Position numbers and translations under genes: made by a program
Part shown: piece by piece, positions 25,834 to 39,736 of the stretch
Layout of the letters: each line of letters opens with the position of its first letter
How positions within the stretch are numbered: position 1 is the stretch's first letter
NCBI GenBank assembly: GCA_965202585.1
Contig: OZ241828.1
Coordinates: 16,120,001-16,184,000, forward strand
Direction of reading: 5' to 3'
DNA from: Thalia democratica
Taxonomy: Eukaryota
DNA length: 64,000 nt
The notes under the pieces: model-generated
The model's input: the letters and a program-made list of their open reading frames with translations, nothing else
What the model was told of the DNA's origin: nothing
Databases searched by the model: none

Positions 25834-28189
25834 CAGAGACATCTTTTGCTATTGTAGTTCGTTTTGTAGTTTTAAACAGCTGCTAAAGTTAATCTATATT
25901 TCTTTTTTGTTATGGTAGAAGTGTAATCCTAAGTAGAATTAAAAACTTCTTATTACAACTGTATTTCCTACTATTTTATGGGCCTTTACTACAATTGGTA
26001 CTATACTTCAGTTTATTACGGCTCCATGTTTTTTAATTGCTTTTTGCTTTATAAACATAAATACTTGCAAAAGTTTTTGTTCTAATTCGTTTATAGTTAC
26101 AATAAGAAATAAATCTTAATTTAACTGTAAAATGTTTTAACTGTGTTGTGATTTGATTTCTGCATTAAGCATTTATTACACACTATAAATTATATATTTT
26201 GCATAACAAAAGTACATCTTAATTGTTAATGTTGCTTGCATGGACAACTAAATATAGAAATTAAATTTGTGATGTAGCTTAATTTTATTTCCAGCAAGAC
26301 ATAGGTCTTTTTGTTTGCTTTTAAAATAAATCATTCTAAAATAAATATCTTTTTATTGACACTTCAAAGTATTGTTTATCTTGTTTTTACGAAATAAGTT
26401 ATAATATGATACGTAATTATAATTTATAAATCTAAATTGTATTTACTTGACAAGCACATTAAATCTATAGAATTTTAATTAGTAAAATATTCAAATATAT
26501 AATAAATACTTAAGATCAAACCGGGCCAGGATTACTTAAACTATTTAGAAATTTGGTTCTTTCCAACATTTTTTGCAGTAGCTTTAATTTTTACAGTCGT
26601 AGTGTTTTTTAATTAGAGCCGTTCTAGAATACTAGTATGTTTTGGTAAAAATGCAGCATTATGAATATTTTAAAATTTTACTAATCAAACAGTTTTCTTA
26701 AAAAGCTAACTTGAAGAATTAGTTAAAATATTTTTAGCTTGACATAATTTTGTTTTGATTGATCTCTACAAGTGTTTTGTTAATTTCTTCAAGTACTTAA
26801 ATATGCTTAAAACATGCATACAATTGTTTGATCTATCTATTTACATTACTGTCGTACTGTTTTAATTAAACAAACACATATACAGTACAGTATAAAACTA
26901 AAAAAAACAAACTTTAAGTAATAAAGTACAGTATAGTCAAAAAAACCAATTTAAGCATACATTTATTTAAATTCCTAGTGTATAAAAAAAAAAATGCTTA
27001 TTATTCAGTTTTTGTTGTATAAGTTATAAAAACACATAACTTAATAAACTACTGTTTACATTAATTATTTTGATCATTATCAAAAATCGTATCATTTGAA
27101 ATCACAAACTGAGTTGTCTGATCAAATCTTAATAATATTTAAAACAATAAGCAACATCTATATGAAGCCTACTTTATATAGAACAAAATCGAAAAACTAT
27201 TACTTAACTAAATTTTTAAGTAATAACTTATCATAAACTTGTCTGAATTGTTAAACAAACTTTATTTGTTTGTATTCGCGATAAAAAAAAAGTATGATGG
27301 CTTATTAGGCAAAGTGCTGTATGATAAATTTAAGTGTTCGGATTCGAAAGCCTTTTGTTGAGGTTATTTTTTTGTTTATTTTGTACAAGAAGTGGTTTTT
27401 CAGTTTATTTATAGTTTTAAACAAGTACTGTTTCAAAGCAGATCGAAGCTATTATAAACGTACTTTATTTACTATTTATAGTTTTGATTAAAATTTGTTA
27501 AAAACTTATCAAAGTTAGTATTGACCAATTAAAAGAAACATTTCAATTTTCAATAAACAATATTTTATTACAAACAGTATAAACAAGTAAGCGAAATTTA
27601 AGTACTTAAGTTATATAGTAGGAAAAACAGTTTCTTTCAAATTAGTTAAATGTTTCTCTTATTAAGTACGTGTTTATTGCATAGTTTTCTAAACTTCATG
27701 TAGAATAAGCAAGCAACATAGTAAAAAAAATTTTATATTTTAAAATTTTGCGATTTAATATGTTTGAAAATGATAACTAACATTATACCCAACTTTAAAT
27801 TTGTATCAAGTTTATTCTAATTAAACTATCTAAATCGTAAATGTTTTCAAATTCTAAAAATACATTTGTAAAAGCTAAGCCTTTCAAAACATAATAAGAA
27901 GCTATAAATTATTTTTAAATACAAATTAATATCATTTATTAATGATTACATAAATAAGTTACTGCTTAAAAACTTAAGTGTAAAAGTTAGTTTTTTAAAG
28001 TGGATATTGTAAAAGTGATTATGAAATAAAGTTTGTAAAAAAAATCTTAAATTTTGCTCTTAAAAATCAAGTATTAAAGTTTATTTTTCTAAGCAGAATT
28101 CGAAAAAGTATATTTTACGAGCTTAAGAAAAAAAAACCGTCACAACTAAAGGTTCCTAGGGAGTGGGTTCAGAGTTCTGGTCAAAAGTA

Positions 28190-29600
28190 TTTAGACGTAT
28201 TTTAAGTTTTACAATGCTCTTTATAAATAATGCCCTGAAAAAAAAGGCTTTTTGGCTTTAAAGCTTGGGTTTCAAAGAAGTATTTTAATCTACTCTATTT
28301 TATATCATTCACTAAAATTTAAGAATTGAAACAAAATAAAATTTTAGAAGTCTTTTTTTATAAAATGTGTTGTTTTATATGCAGAACTTTATAGTAGCTC
28401 ATAGTTTTTAAAATAAAGTTTTTAATTCTAAAATACTTTTTTTTAAATAGAATATTACTAGTATTCTCTTTGCTAATATGTCAAGCCTGGACTGAAACTC
28501 TTGAAGTAGAATTTAAATAATTAGGAAAATTAATTTGTTATGGAACTCGCATCTTTCATTTACTCTTCCATTTTTTTAGTGTTTGAATGTTGAGTGTCAC
28601 AAACTATTCAACAAGAACGCAAGTATATCAGGCAACCTTATAATTATTATTTATTGCTGATAAGACCTAGAGCTTGTATTGAGATATTTCTAAAAGTCGT
28701 TTTTAGACATTTTTTAGAACTGCATTTTTTTTGTTTTTTGATTGTTTATCATTTAACTATGACAACTTTTTATTCAACAATACTTAAATATTTAAGAATT
28801 CTTTGAGTAGTTTACAGTACTTTTTGTTTAAAGTTATAAAGTATTTTATTTTTGAACTTAAATTGTTATTAAGTTGTATTGATTCCAAGTTATTTAAAAA
28901 AGTAACTTATATCGTTGAAACATTGTTGTTACAATAATGTTCTGTTGCTCATTTTTATAAAAGATACATTACTCTATTTGTACTGTCTGATTTAAAGTTA
29001 GAAGTAAAGTCTAATGTCTATAAGTATTTTAATAAGCTAGGGTTTAATTTTAATGAGTAATACCAATAAATTAAGTGTACTACAATTCATATCCTAAAAT
29101 CTTTGGAAACATACAGAAGATTGAAAATGCACATTATGTTTAGCAAAAATCACTGAAAATCTTAAATCAGTTAGTTTATAATTATTAAGGTAAAAGGGTA
29201 ACTATTATATGATGTTTAAAGCAAATTAATTATGTGTGTAAAATTTTTAAACAAATACTTAATTTGCTTTAAAAAATAATATAATAGTTTCCTAGTTTGT
29301 ATTACTTCAGCAATCAGCATCTTTTAAAATAAGGATTTAGTGAAGCACGGTCCATGTTCTGCTGTATGATACGTGTATTTCATTATGTTTTTTATAAGAT
29401 AAAAATTCATGTATTGTTTTGTAAAAGCAGATTCCTTCAACACTAATTAAGCATTTAAATTTAAATGTTGTTGTTGTCTATAATTTTCATATTCTTTTTA
29501 ATTAATTATTCTTATACCAGTTACATTGAAACTGTTGTACTTTTTAACTACTAAATTTGATGTGTGACTGTATTAATTTTAAAAAGAACGAGTCAAAAAG
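28190..29600 (+). repeat. Dispersed local repeat module set, also at about 37278-38830, with partial copies at about 7400-8000, 13750-16900, 17900-18300 and 40200-40600
   Basis: Shared motifs TTACAATGCTCTTTATAAATAATGCCCTG, AGAATATTACTAGTATACTC, AGACCTAGAGCTTGTATT, TTCAGCAATCAGC and AAAGCAGATTCC recur in the same order. Confidence 0.7.
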
Positions 29601-30799
29601 TGATAAAAACTGTCCAAAACCGTCAGATATTTTGAAGGTGTTTAAAGTGCTTAAAATAATATTTAAAATACTAAGATACAGTTTTTTAGTTTAGATAATT
29701 ACTAGTATACTCTAAGTCTAAGCCATATTTACAATGTTCATAGACTGGATAGATTCCCTGGAAAAAATTTAAACTTTAATATTTAGTAAAGTTAAATTAT
29801 GAAAACCCATTAAAATATGGAAATATATAGTTTTGAGCAAACTTTATGAAAAAATAAAATTATATTGTCATTAAAAAAAAAAAAAAACTACAAAGCACAT
29901 CAAAAATTATATATTAATCAGAGTATTATTACCTTTATAGTAAATTTGGATAACTAAGTTAGCTTAAATATATCGGTTTTTTTTAAATTTATCACAAACT
30001 ATTTTTTTTAATTTCCTCTGATTTTTTTGATATACAGAGACGAAAAAGCTTGTAGTAGTAAATGTTAAAAATATTAAATAAACAGAAGGTTTCTCCTTTT
30101 TTAAGTGATAAGGGTGACTATTAGATTATTTTTTAAAAGCAAATTATGTATGTGTGTAACCGTTTATACTGTTAAACATAATCATATATCTTTTTTCACA
30201 ACTGAACATAGTATTAATTTGTACAGACTCAAGAAAATACCATTTTTTTACAGCAGTAATAAATAAGTTATAGCCTATCTTTAACTAACTATTTTTCATA
30301 AAGGTAAGTGCATATTAAAAAACTTTTTTGTTAGTTTTATACAAGTGTCTCGTACAAAAATATACGAGATATTGTTTTTGTTACTTCAGGAATCAGCTTG
30401 TTACAAATAAGGCTTAGTGAAAGCAGATTTCATGTTCTGTTATATGATAAGTATATTTCATAACGTGTTTTATAACATAAAGTTTCATGTGTTGTTTTGT
30501 AAAAGCAGAATTATCCACCATGAATTAAGCATTTAGTTTGAATTTTAAATTTATCTAAAAGTTTTATATTTGAAAATTATACTTTTTATATCACTTGCAG
30601 TTAACTCTTGTACTTTTTAACTAACAAACTTTTGATAAAAATGTTGTGGTACTTTATTAATGAGAAAAAGAAAGAGTAAGAGTTGCCACTCTTTGAGTAA
30701 AAAGGTATTCTAAGTTTTTACTTAGTCATCTTAAATTTTTCAAATTCATTTTGAAAGTATTTTATTATCTTAAAATATATTTAAATAAGTTTTTCAAAA

Positions 30800-32300
30800 T
30801 CAATAGAAATCTAGTTTTTGATGAAATTTTGAACAGATAAGCTTGCTTAATTTATCCTGAATATTAAAACTTTACAAACTAGACTGAGTTATTTTGAGTT
30901 TTCAAAATATTTTAAACTAAAATGAGTAAGCCTATCTGTTATAATGAAAAAAAAATACAAAAAACTATATCAACTTTTAAAAACAGTATAGTTCTGTAAT
31001 CATTTTGTTTGCAATATTAAATAATAACTTTATTGAGACTATAGAAATAAAGTACACTGCTGATAAAATTGCTTATATAAAAGCAGAATCTTATTTAAAT
31101 AGAATGAATCAGGTAGCATGATCTTTTTAAGTATACTAACCTTAAGTTATTACAATTTTCGTCTCTAGCTTTTAATTTTTAGTTCTAAAATAATCATGCC
31201 TTTCAGTTATTTCTACTAAAAACACTTATTAGTTTTGTATTTAAGTCATAAAGAGCTTAAGTTAAATAAGCAAATATTTATTCAATTAAGCTAACCTCTC
31301 TATTTAAAACCGGTTCAAACTAGTATAAACTGGATTTTTGTTCATAATTTAAAAAAGTTACTCGCAGGTAACTATATTTAGAAAACACTCTTAGTAAACT
31401 CTATTCTTTTAAAGAAGAACTAAACTCTATTCAAAATAATAACTACAAAGTGAGAAGTTAGTTAACAAAATGGTAATTTAACTATCAGATATTTAGTTGA
31501 TTACCTTCTTTAAATCTGATTTAAACATACGAAAATGTATTTTTATAACATAACATGCTTATTAGAAAGAACAACAACAGCATTTTAAATTTTACGGAAT
31601 AAAGTTACTTAAAACGGATTTCAAAGTATAAGTTAATATTTTGAATGTAACCTTTGTTATGTTAAACACATGATGATATAGTTGCCGATAAAAATATAAC
31701 TGATATTTTAAACATATAGAAATAAAATAAGACTTATACTAAAACAAAAGGGTTGATCATGCCAATTCAATCATCAGACCAAAAGTTTCGGTATACCGAA
31801 ACTTGTGGTCTGATGATCGAATTGGCATGATCAACCCTTTTGTTAAATTTGAGCTTGTCTCACGGCAAACGAAAGTCCGGACTTGTTCTGCAGACTTTCG
31901 CCGGTTTTGTTGCTTATACTAAAACTGTATATTTCAAATATTTGTACGTTTTTCGAAGCAATTAAACGACTAATAGTTACATATAATAATTTGATTACAA
32001 AAAATCAAACTAAATTCAAAGTTTATTTTAATTTTGAAAAGAGTTCTCAAGTACAATGTGAAAATTTGATAATTCGACAAAAATTATTCCAATTAAGAAA
32101 GAAATATTAAAAGGTTATAAAATTATTTTAATTTAAAATGTTTATGTTTTTAACAAATTGTTATAGTTTATAACATATCTATCATTAGACCTTTTAAATA
32201 GCTTTAAATTGCTAGTAAGTCATTAATTTTTTCTCTAAACAAAGTTATGTATTATTAAATAAAGTTCTTTTCATATAAAATTTATTATCGGTTGAACTAA
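30800..32300 (+). repeat. Direct copy of the 8440-9800 block (inverted copy of about 3400-4700)
   Basis: Shares ACAAACTAGACTGAGTTATT, GAATGAATCAGGTAGCATG, AGCTAACCTCTC and CATAACATGCTTATTAGAAAGAACAACAAC with 8470-9210. Confidence 0.8.
31746..31912. mobile_element. 167-bp structured insertion with a 13-bp TSD
   Basis: CTTATACTAAAAC at 31733-31745 and 31913-31925. The homologous empty site at about 9355 has one copy. Contains a 51-bp-arm palindrome (31743-31844, 2 mismatches) and a second stem CGAAAGTC/GACTTTCG. Confidence 0.75.
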
Positions 32301-33119
32301 TAAATTTATCACAGCAACTATTTTCTTAATTTTATTGAGAAACAATAGTAATGTGTAAGTAGCTTAAAAGCTGTTTTAGATTTTCTTTTTTTTTAACTTG
32401 ACTTTTATGTTACACTGATTTCTAATACTTGCTTTTTTTTTTGTTTTAAGTTTATGTAAATTAACTACTGAAAAAATTGTCATTTTATATAGTAAAATTA
32501 AGTATAACAATTTCTACTAAACTTAAACAGAACCAAAAATCAAAATAAAAATAACTGTTAAATATGTTAGTAAGTAATAAACGATTTGATGTTAAAGATG
32601 ACAGTTTTAAAGAAAAATCAAATTTAGAATTAGATTTGAAGTTGCGAAGTTGAAAGTTGTATTGGTCTTAAATAATAATTAAGATTTTCAAGCTTAAGGT
32701 TAATTGTAAAATTACTTAGTCAAAAGCAATCAAAAAAGTAGACAAACCTAGTATCTGAACACATTTTTGTTTTTAAAACAAAAAAAAATTATGAGATATG
32801 AAATCGATATAAAAAACAAAATCATATAACACATAGGATTTAATTGAAACATTTAAAATGGTATTACAGTATAATTCTAGTAATTCTATAACGCTATAAA
32901 AATTTTAATATAAGTAGTTGTTAGTTTAAAATAATTTAATTAACTGGTAGTATTGTTTTTTATAGATGTGTTACCAAGAAATACTTCTAGTTTTTTGAAT
33001 CATGTGTCTTTTTTTTTTAATATACAGCAAACAGTCTGCATTGATTGTATAACTTGAAAAAAAAAGCAACAAAATAAATACTAAAACTTTTAATAGAAAA
33101 TTTTAACATCAAATAAAAA

Positions 33120-34083
33120 ATGTACCAAGTCGATAATAATACAAAAATAATGCAAGTGAAAAATGATGCAAGCAAATACGAGCTTGTTCCTATTCATAAA
33201 TTACAACCTCAATTTCGTGAAGATTGCCTTCGAATGATAGAAATGGAGTTTCCTGGATACATTGGTAATAAGTGAGTTTCTATCTAGTTCACAATTTTGT
33301 TTAGTATTTATTTTTTTACTAATTCTTTTTATTTATATATTTTTACTCTAATTCTTATTTTGTATAAAATTTAAGCTTCTGTATCATACTTTCAACATTT
33401 AAAATAAATTTTTTTTTTTTCTAAAACGAGAAACTCTTATTTATAATTTGAAACTGTTGTTAATATACTGTTTAATCAGTTATTTGTTCAGAACAGTTCC
33501 ATCCGTTCAATAGTCAATTATATTTTTATTACTTTAGAATGAAGTCATTATCGAATTCTCGTAATGAACTACCAACATCATTTGCATACATGGATACTTC
33601 CGTTATTCCTCATAAAATAATGGGACACCTGCTTGTCGAAAAATGGAAATACTTTAGTGACGTTGAAGAAAGAAACTGGGAAAGATGTATTGAAACAAAC
33701 TATACTGTTGAGTTTGATTTGGGTAAGTTAACTTGATGTGTTACTGTGAATAAAATTTAAAGTTGCAACAGCATAGTAAAAATAAATAACTAGTTTCAAT
33801 TCAAAATGGTAGAACGCTGAAGGTTATTATCTATATTAAATATTTTTTTGTTAATTTTATAGGGATCAACTGTTTATAAACTGAATAACTTTAAATAAAT
33901 AGTTTTTATTATTCAGTGATAGTATCAGAAGATCACAGAGGAAAAAAGCTTGGTAAGAGAATGCTGTTGGCCACTGAGAATTGGGCATTTAAAAGAGGAT
34001 TTAATTGTTGCGTAGTGCACTCCACACATGACGTGGTGGAGTTTTACGAAAAATGCGGGTACAATGTTGAGTTTGGACAATAG
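33120..34083 (+). CDS. NAA80: NAA80-like GNAT paralog 2. Exons 33120-33271, 33538-33722, 33917-34083; C-terminally truncated by an in-frame TAG.
   Basis: Same intron phases as paralog 1 (2, 1), with good acceptors (ACTTTAG, ATTCAG). MYQVDNNTKIMQVKNDASKYELVPIHKLQPQFREDCLRMIEMEFPGYIGNK/MKSLSNSRNELPTS.../VIVSEDHRGKKLGKRMLL...HSTHDVVEFYEKCGYNVEFGQ*. The homologous tail TIVLMIKDLCKQP* follows in frame after the TAG. Confidence 0.65.
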
Positions 34084-34924
34084 ACAATTGTGTTGATGAT
34101 AAAGGATCTTTGCAAACAACCTTAAAAATTGGATGACTTTGCAAAAGCTATAATCTTTATGAAAAACGTGTTAAATAGCAATACACAATTGAAGTTTAAA
34201 AACATATGTTTGTTTTATTTTTAATTTTGTTATTATTTTAGTTTAAATAAAGTCCTTCTCATAGTTTTAAGTTATTATATTTCAATCTATAAAAAAAATA
34301 ATTATTCTATATATACATGTGTGTGTCTAAACATACCAACCATCAGACGATATTTCCGTGTAATCTTCGCCGAAATCATCTTCGGCACACTAGTAAGTTT
34401 TTTTTTAATTAAATGCTGTTCAGGAAAAGAATTTCTGCGGCCGTGATCATGTAAATGTTGCACGCTTAGCAAAAACATAATTGTTAAATTTTTTTTGGTA
34501 ATTTGGTTTAATTTGAATAATTACGTTTTAAGTCCCTGTTTATTTATTTTAAACAATAAAAAGACTTTACTATTTTTCCTTAAAAATGAGAAAAAGACAG
34601 ATTAGCATTTAAGTAGTGATTATTTCTTAGTTTCATAATAAATTTCTTGTTAAAAAAGAAACTACTAATCTCAAAAAACTATGTAAAAATAGTTGGACTC
34701 AGTAAGTTATTTAAAATAATACCCATTTAGTAAATAAACTACATGCAAATGTTTTCCATTGTGCACAAAATTAATGCACAGTAATAAAACTTAAATGTTA
34801 TTTTTTACATTTTAGGCATTTTGTTTAACATGAAAACTATACAAAGTTTCTCTTATAGAAAACAATAAAAAAGTAACGTAATAACAAAATATAAGGTTTG
34901 TTTTGTAAGATATCTAAACTTGAA

Positions 34925-36975
34925 AATGTTTATATTTATTGTTGCTTCGAGTTTATTGATCCGTTTACTTTCTAAAAAAATCTAAGTTTGAATAATTTTT
35001 AGTGGTGTCTACAAAGATAGTTGAAAAAGCTTCTTTTAAATCTTTTTTTGATGTTTTTGAAAATTTAGTAATATGTATATTTAAAATATAGTATTTAAGT
35101 TTTTTTTTCAGTTTTATTGTTTTTCTTTTTTTTTAACTTTACTAAGCTTGTTTTCTTTACCATTGTATCTTTGCAAAGCAAACATTAACCACAAGGGGAT
35201 GAAATTCCTTCTTCATTATTAACTTCATGAGCTATTTTCTTGTAGTTAGTTAGTAAAGTTGCAATAGTCTGCGGTCGTTTGTTTGTTATCATCACGGTTT
35301 GATTCAATTTGTTTTCTCTTTCTGTTAATTTAAGCCAGTTCGGAAAGATTGTCGTCCAAATGCTTATGTTTTTGTTACTTTACTTCGTTCTTTTTGTTGG
35401 TGGTCTGAACCGATCTTTCCACTTTTCTTTTTTTCCAGCATCTCTACTACTAAACCCTCGCAAAAGTATGATTTTATGCACTTATCTTTTAATAGTTTCA
35501 AAGCTTCCAAATAATCACAATCCCGTTCACAAAACCTTCTTAATCTTATAGATTCGCTAAATACAATAGATTTGTAAATTGAGCGAGGATGATAAGATCG
35601 ACCATTTGTGTAAACCCTATTGATAGCGGTAGGCTTTATGTAATTTCTTACATAAAACCCACCTTTTTCTTCTTCATCTATGATGTGATTGACATCTAAA
35701 AACTCCAACTCTTTGTTTTTACTTTGGTGAGAAATTTCTCTAAAAATAAGTTTTAAATCATACTTCTAAAACACAAATTTAAGTTTGTCTTTGATATTAT
35801 CTTGCTGTTCTTGTGATTTTGGCTGTTCTTGCTTGGGTAAAAAAGATAATGTCATCGATATAACGATTGAAAAGTATTGATGTTTTTAAAGTTGTTTTAA
35901 CTTGTAATATTATATGATGTAGTGCAATATTGGCAATTGAAACAGAATTGTTATCTTTGGTAACAATTCCGTTTTCTTGCTAATAGAATGATGTTCCGTT
36001 TTGCACTACTACATTTTCTAAACAAAACATTGTAAGATTGACTAAAGTTTTGTTTAACTTTTTTTGAATAGTTTGTGCACTTTTCGATTGCATTTGACAA
36101 ACTAATTTTAACTAATTCTCGACTTATGTTAGTGTATAAGCCTTGTACATCTGCAGCGACTAAAATATTTTTTGTTGATTCAAATATTTTGTGGTAGACT
36201 TTTTTTCCATAAATCTAAATCTTCTAAATAACTTTTGCTGTCTTTAGAGTATTCATTTACATCTTATTTAAAAAATTTAATACTTATTGGTTTAAATAAC
36301 ATTTCTAAAAAGCTTGTAACTCTTAAAGTGGTTATGTTACCTGCAGATTGTACTAGTCGAGTTGGTATTTCAAAAATTTTTGTATTCAAAACTTCTGAGT
36401 TATTTAATTTATGTGTTTTAAACAGTAGGTAAGCATATGCAGGTTCGTTACAGTGAAAGTGTTTGGCCATTGTTCCTTTTAGTTATGAGTAAATACCGTT
36501 TTTATGTTTGATTCCGATTGTATGTTTAAAATTTTATAATCTATGCAATTTAGTTTATGTAAATTTATAATCGAGTCATAAAATTTTTCGCGTATGTTTT
36601 TAAAATGCTTTTAATAGTATTTTCATTTAGTGTGTCTAACTTCTTAAACACTTCAAGCTCTCGACCCATTATTTTTTTGTAGTCATCAAAGTTCAGAACT
36701 ACTAATTTACCATCTTTATCTGATCTACATATTACTTTATTTTTGTTTCTTACTTGTTCATTTAATTCAGTTAGTGATATTTTAATTTTGATATTTAAAT
36801 TGTTTCTTTTAATGTATTGTTTTTTAACTTGTACTTCTAAGTTTCTTATTTTATTTGTAGTTATAGTACAATAAGTTTTAATTTTTTCATCAACTAGAGC
36901 ATTTATGGGTCGATTAAGTTTTTCTATTTTTAATTGTTTAGGTAAGTGAGTATAGTTTAAGTCAATTTCTTGGTT
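34925..36975 (-). mobile_element. Decayed Penelope-like retroelement (RT plus partial GIY-YIG endonuclease)
   Basis: Minus-strand motifs in order: SDKDGKLVVLNFDDY; LLFKTHK...IPTRLVQS; LVAADVQGLYTNIS (about 36122-36165); RYIDDI (35851-35862); EFLDV; YIKPT...SYHPRSIYKSIV; PCG*CLLC; LDFLESKRINKLEATININ. It interrupts the sequence downstream of GNAT paralog 2. Confidence 0.85.
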
Positions 36976-39307
36976 ATCTTTACTTAAAACATTTTGCTAT
37001 TCAACAGATCTAAATTGGAGTTCTTTTTAAATGATAAGGGTAACTAATATAGGATTTTTATAAGCAAATTAAGTATGTGTGTAAGCTTTTATGCTGTTGA
37101 AGTACTATCCCAAAAATAAGTAAGAAAATATACCAAAAAGTGTTTGCTATACTTCAGCAATCAGCAGATTTTTAATATTTTTACACCTTGGAAATAATTA
37201 TCAACATTCTCTCTAATCTCAAAACAACATAAAACAAATAAACATCTAACTTTTGTTTTTAACATTCACCTTAAAAAGTATTTAGATGTATTTTAAGTTT
37301 TACAATGCTCTTTATAAATAATGCCCTGTAAAACAAGTTTTTATTGCTTTAAAGTTTGGGTTTCAAAGAAGTATTCTGCTATACTCTTTTTTTTCTTATT
37401 CACTAAAATTAGAGAATTGAAATAAAATAAAATTTTAGAATTTTTTTTTATAAAATGTGGTTTTTTATATGCAGATTTTCATAGTAGTTCATAATTTTTA
37501 AAATAAAGTTTTTGATACTGAAATACTTTTTTAGAATAGAAAATTACTAGTATACTCTTTGCTAATATGTCAAGCCTAGACATATTCTCTGGAATTACAA
37601 CTTTAATAATTAAGAAAATTAACTTGTAATGGAACGCAATTTTCATTTACTCTTCCATTGTTTTAGTGTTAATTATTAAGTGTCACAAATTACTTAACCA
37701 GAACGCAAGTATTTCAGTGAATCTTATAATTAATTATTGTTGCTGATAAGACCTAGAGCTTGTATTGAGATACTTTTAAAAGTTGTCTTTAGACCTTTTT
37801 TAGAACTGCATGTTATTTGTTTTTTGTATGTTTATTATTTAAGTATCACGATTTTTTATTCAACAATTAATACTTTAATGTTTAAGAGTTCTTTGAATAA
37901 TTTATAGTACACATTGTTTAAAGGTTTAAAGTATTTTACCTTTGAACTTAAATTGTTATTAAAGTGTATTGATACAAAGCTATTTAAAAAAATTACTTAT
38001 ATTTTTAAAACAGTGTTGTCACAATAATGTTCTGTTGCTCATTTTTATAAAAAATACAGCACTCAAATTGTCTTGTCTGATTTATTAAAGTTAGAAGTAA
38101 AACCTAATTTTTATAAGTATTTTGATAAGCTAGAGTTTAATTTTAATGAGTACTACCAATAAGTTGTGTACCACAACTCATACCATAAAATCTTTGGAAA
38201 CACCATACAAAAAATGAAAAATGCACATTATTTTTTGCAAAAATCACTTGAAATTCTTGAAACACTTAGTTTTACACTTTTTACGGTGAAAAGGGTATGA
38301 TGTTTAAAAGCAAGTTAAGTATGTGTGTAAAAATTTATTGTGTTGAATTACTACCTTTTTTATAGTACCACTGCAAATAGTATTGAATTATCATGATTAA
38401 TAAAAATACTATATATTTTTAAAACTTTTGATAAGTAAACTACACCTTAACTTTAACTTATATTTTTTATAAAGACTTTGCATTTTGAAAATTTGTTTCA
38501 TTAGTTTTTTACAAGTGCCTTGTACAAAAATGTACTAAATCATGTTTGTATTACTTCAGAAATCAGCATGTTTAAAAATAAGGTTTTAGTGAAAGCAGGT
38601 TCCATGTTCTAATATATGATTCGTATATTTCATAATGTGTTTTTAAGATAAAAACTCGTGTGTTGTTTTGTAAAAGCAGATTCCTTCACCATTAATTAAG
38701 CATTTAATATTAAATTTTATTGTTATCTACAAATTTCATATTCTTAAATAATTATTCTTATATCAGTTATGTTGGAAGTCTTGTACTTTTTAACTATTAA
38801 ATTTAATGTGTGACTGCATTAATTTTAAAAAGAAAGAGTCAAGGTTGCCATTGTTTAACTAAAACAAAACAATATCATGAGTGATAACAAACTGTTTTTA
38901 ATTATTTTAAACTGTCCTAAATCAGCTTAAGATTTTCTTAATCTATTTTTAAATAATAGATTTATTTTAAAAAAAGTTTTCAGAAAACCTCTCAATTAAT
39001 AGAAATCTAGCTTTTGATAAAATATTAAACAGATACAACTAAATATCAGTTAAAATTTATAATAAATTAGTTTCAGATTTTCGAGAAGTATTAAAAGTAA
39101 CAGGAAATTAAAAAAAAAACTTGCCTGAGTTTTGTAAAAATTTCATTCTTGCCTGAGTTAGGCTATTTAGGGTGATAAAAATATCACCCTAAATGATAAA
39201 TGATAAATTAAGCAATCATCTTTAAGCTAATTAACTTTTTCAAATAGTTGGCTAAACTATTACATGTAGATTGGGTATAGAATTTTTTTTAATTAGTTCA
39301 AAATCTT

Positions 39308-39736
39308 GGTTACATGACAATTCAAATTCGGACAACTCAAATTCCGACAATTCAAACTCTTGAAAAAACATTTAAAAGACTATATCTCAAAAAGTGTTAT
39401 AATTTTTTTTTTTAATAAAAAACATATGTAGATCTTATTAAAACCTACAAGCAACTTTTTCCTTTTTCCGAAATCTTAAATATTTTCTAAGATATTTCAA
39501 AATTACTTAAGATAATTATATTTTTTCTTTATATTATTTCCATATTTAAGCCATATCTAAAAAAATATTTAATGTTTTGCAAAAGCAAAAAAATGGCTTG
39601 TAGATATTAATAGGACCTACATATGTATTTTTTTATATTTGACAAATATGCATTACTTTTTTAGTTATTTATTTTTTTTTATAAGAATTTGAATTGTCGG
39701 AATTTTAGTTGTCCGAATTTGAATAGTCGTGCACCC
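39308..39736. mobile_element. Mutator-like MITE with a 9-bp TSD
   Basis: CAAAATCTT at 39299-39307 and 39737-39745; single copy at the empty site at about 17398 in copy A. TIRs GGTTACATGACAATTCAAATTCGGACAAC / GTTGTCCGAATTTGAATAGTCGTGCACCC. Confidence 0.85.

Larger units (their letters stand above)
17200..28188 (+). repeat. ~11-kb segmental duplication, copy A (copy B at about 39090-50024)
   Basis: Colinear similarity from AAAAAACTTGCCTGAGTT (17215/39115) through the GNAT gene and hAT remnant to GGTTCCTAGGGAGTGGGTTCAGAGT.CTGGTCAAA (28152/49988). Confidence 0.9.

Noticed and set aside
27290-27352. Possible exon remnant (YDGLLGKVLYDKFKCSDSKAF), also at about 49100-49160
   Set aside because: Silent-looking changes fit frames on both strands equally, copy B is frameshifted, and no recognisable protein family or flanking exons were found.
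31790-31830. GAAAC and CTGATGA hammerhead core words in the palindromic insertion
   Set aside because: No stem I can form between the GUC and the CUGAUGA (they overlap), and no GAAA closes a stem II downstream.
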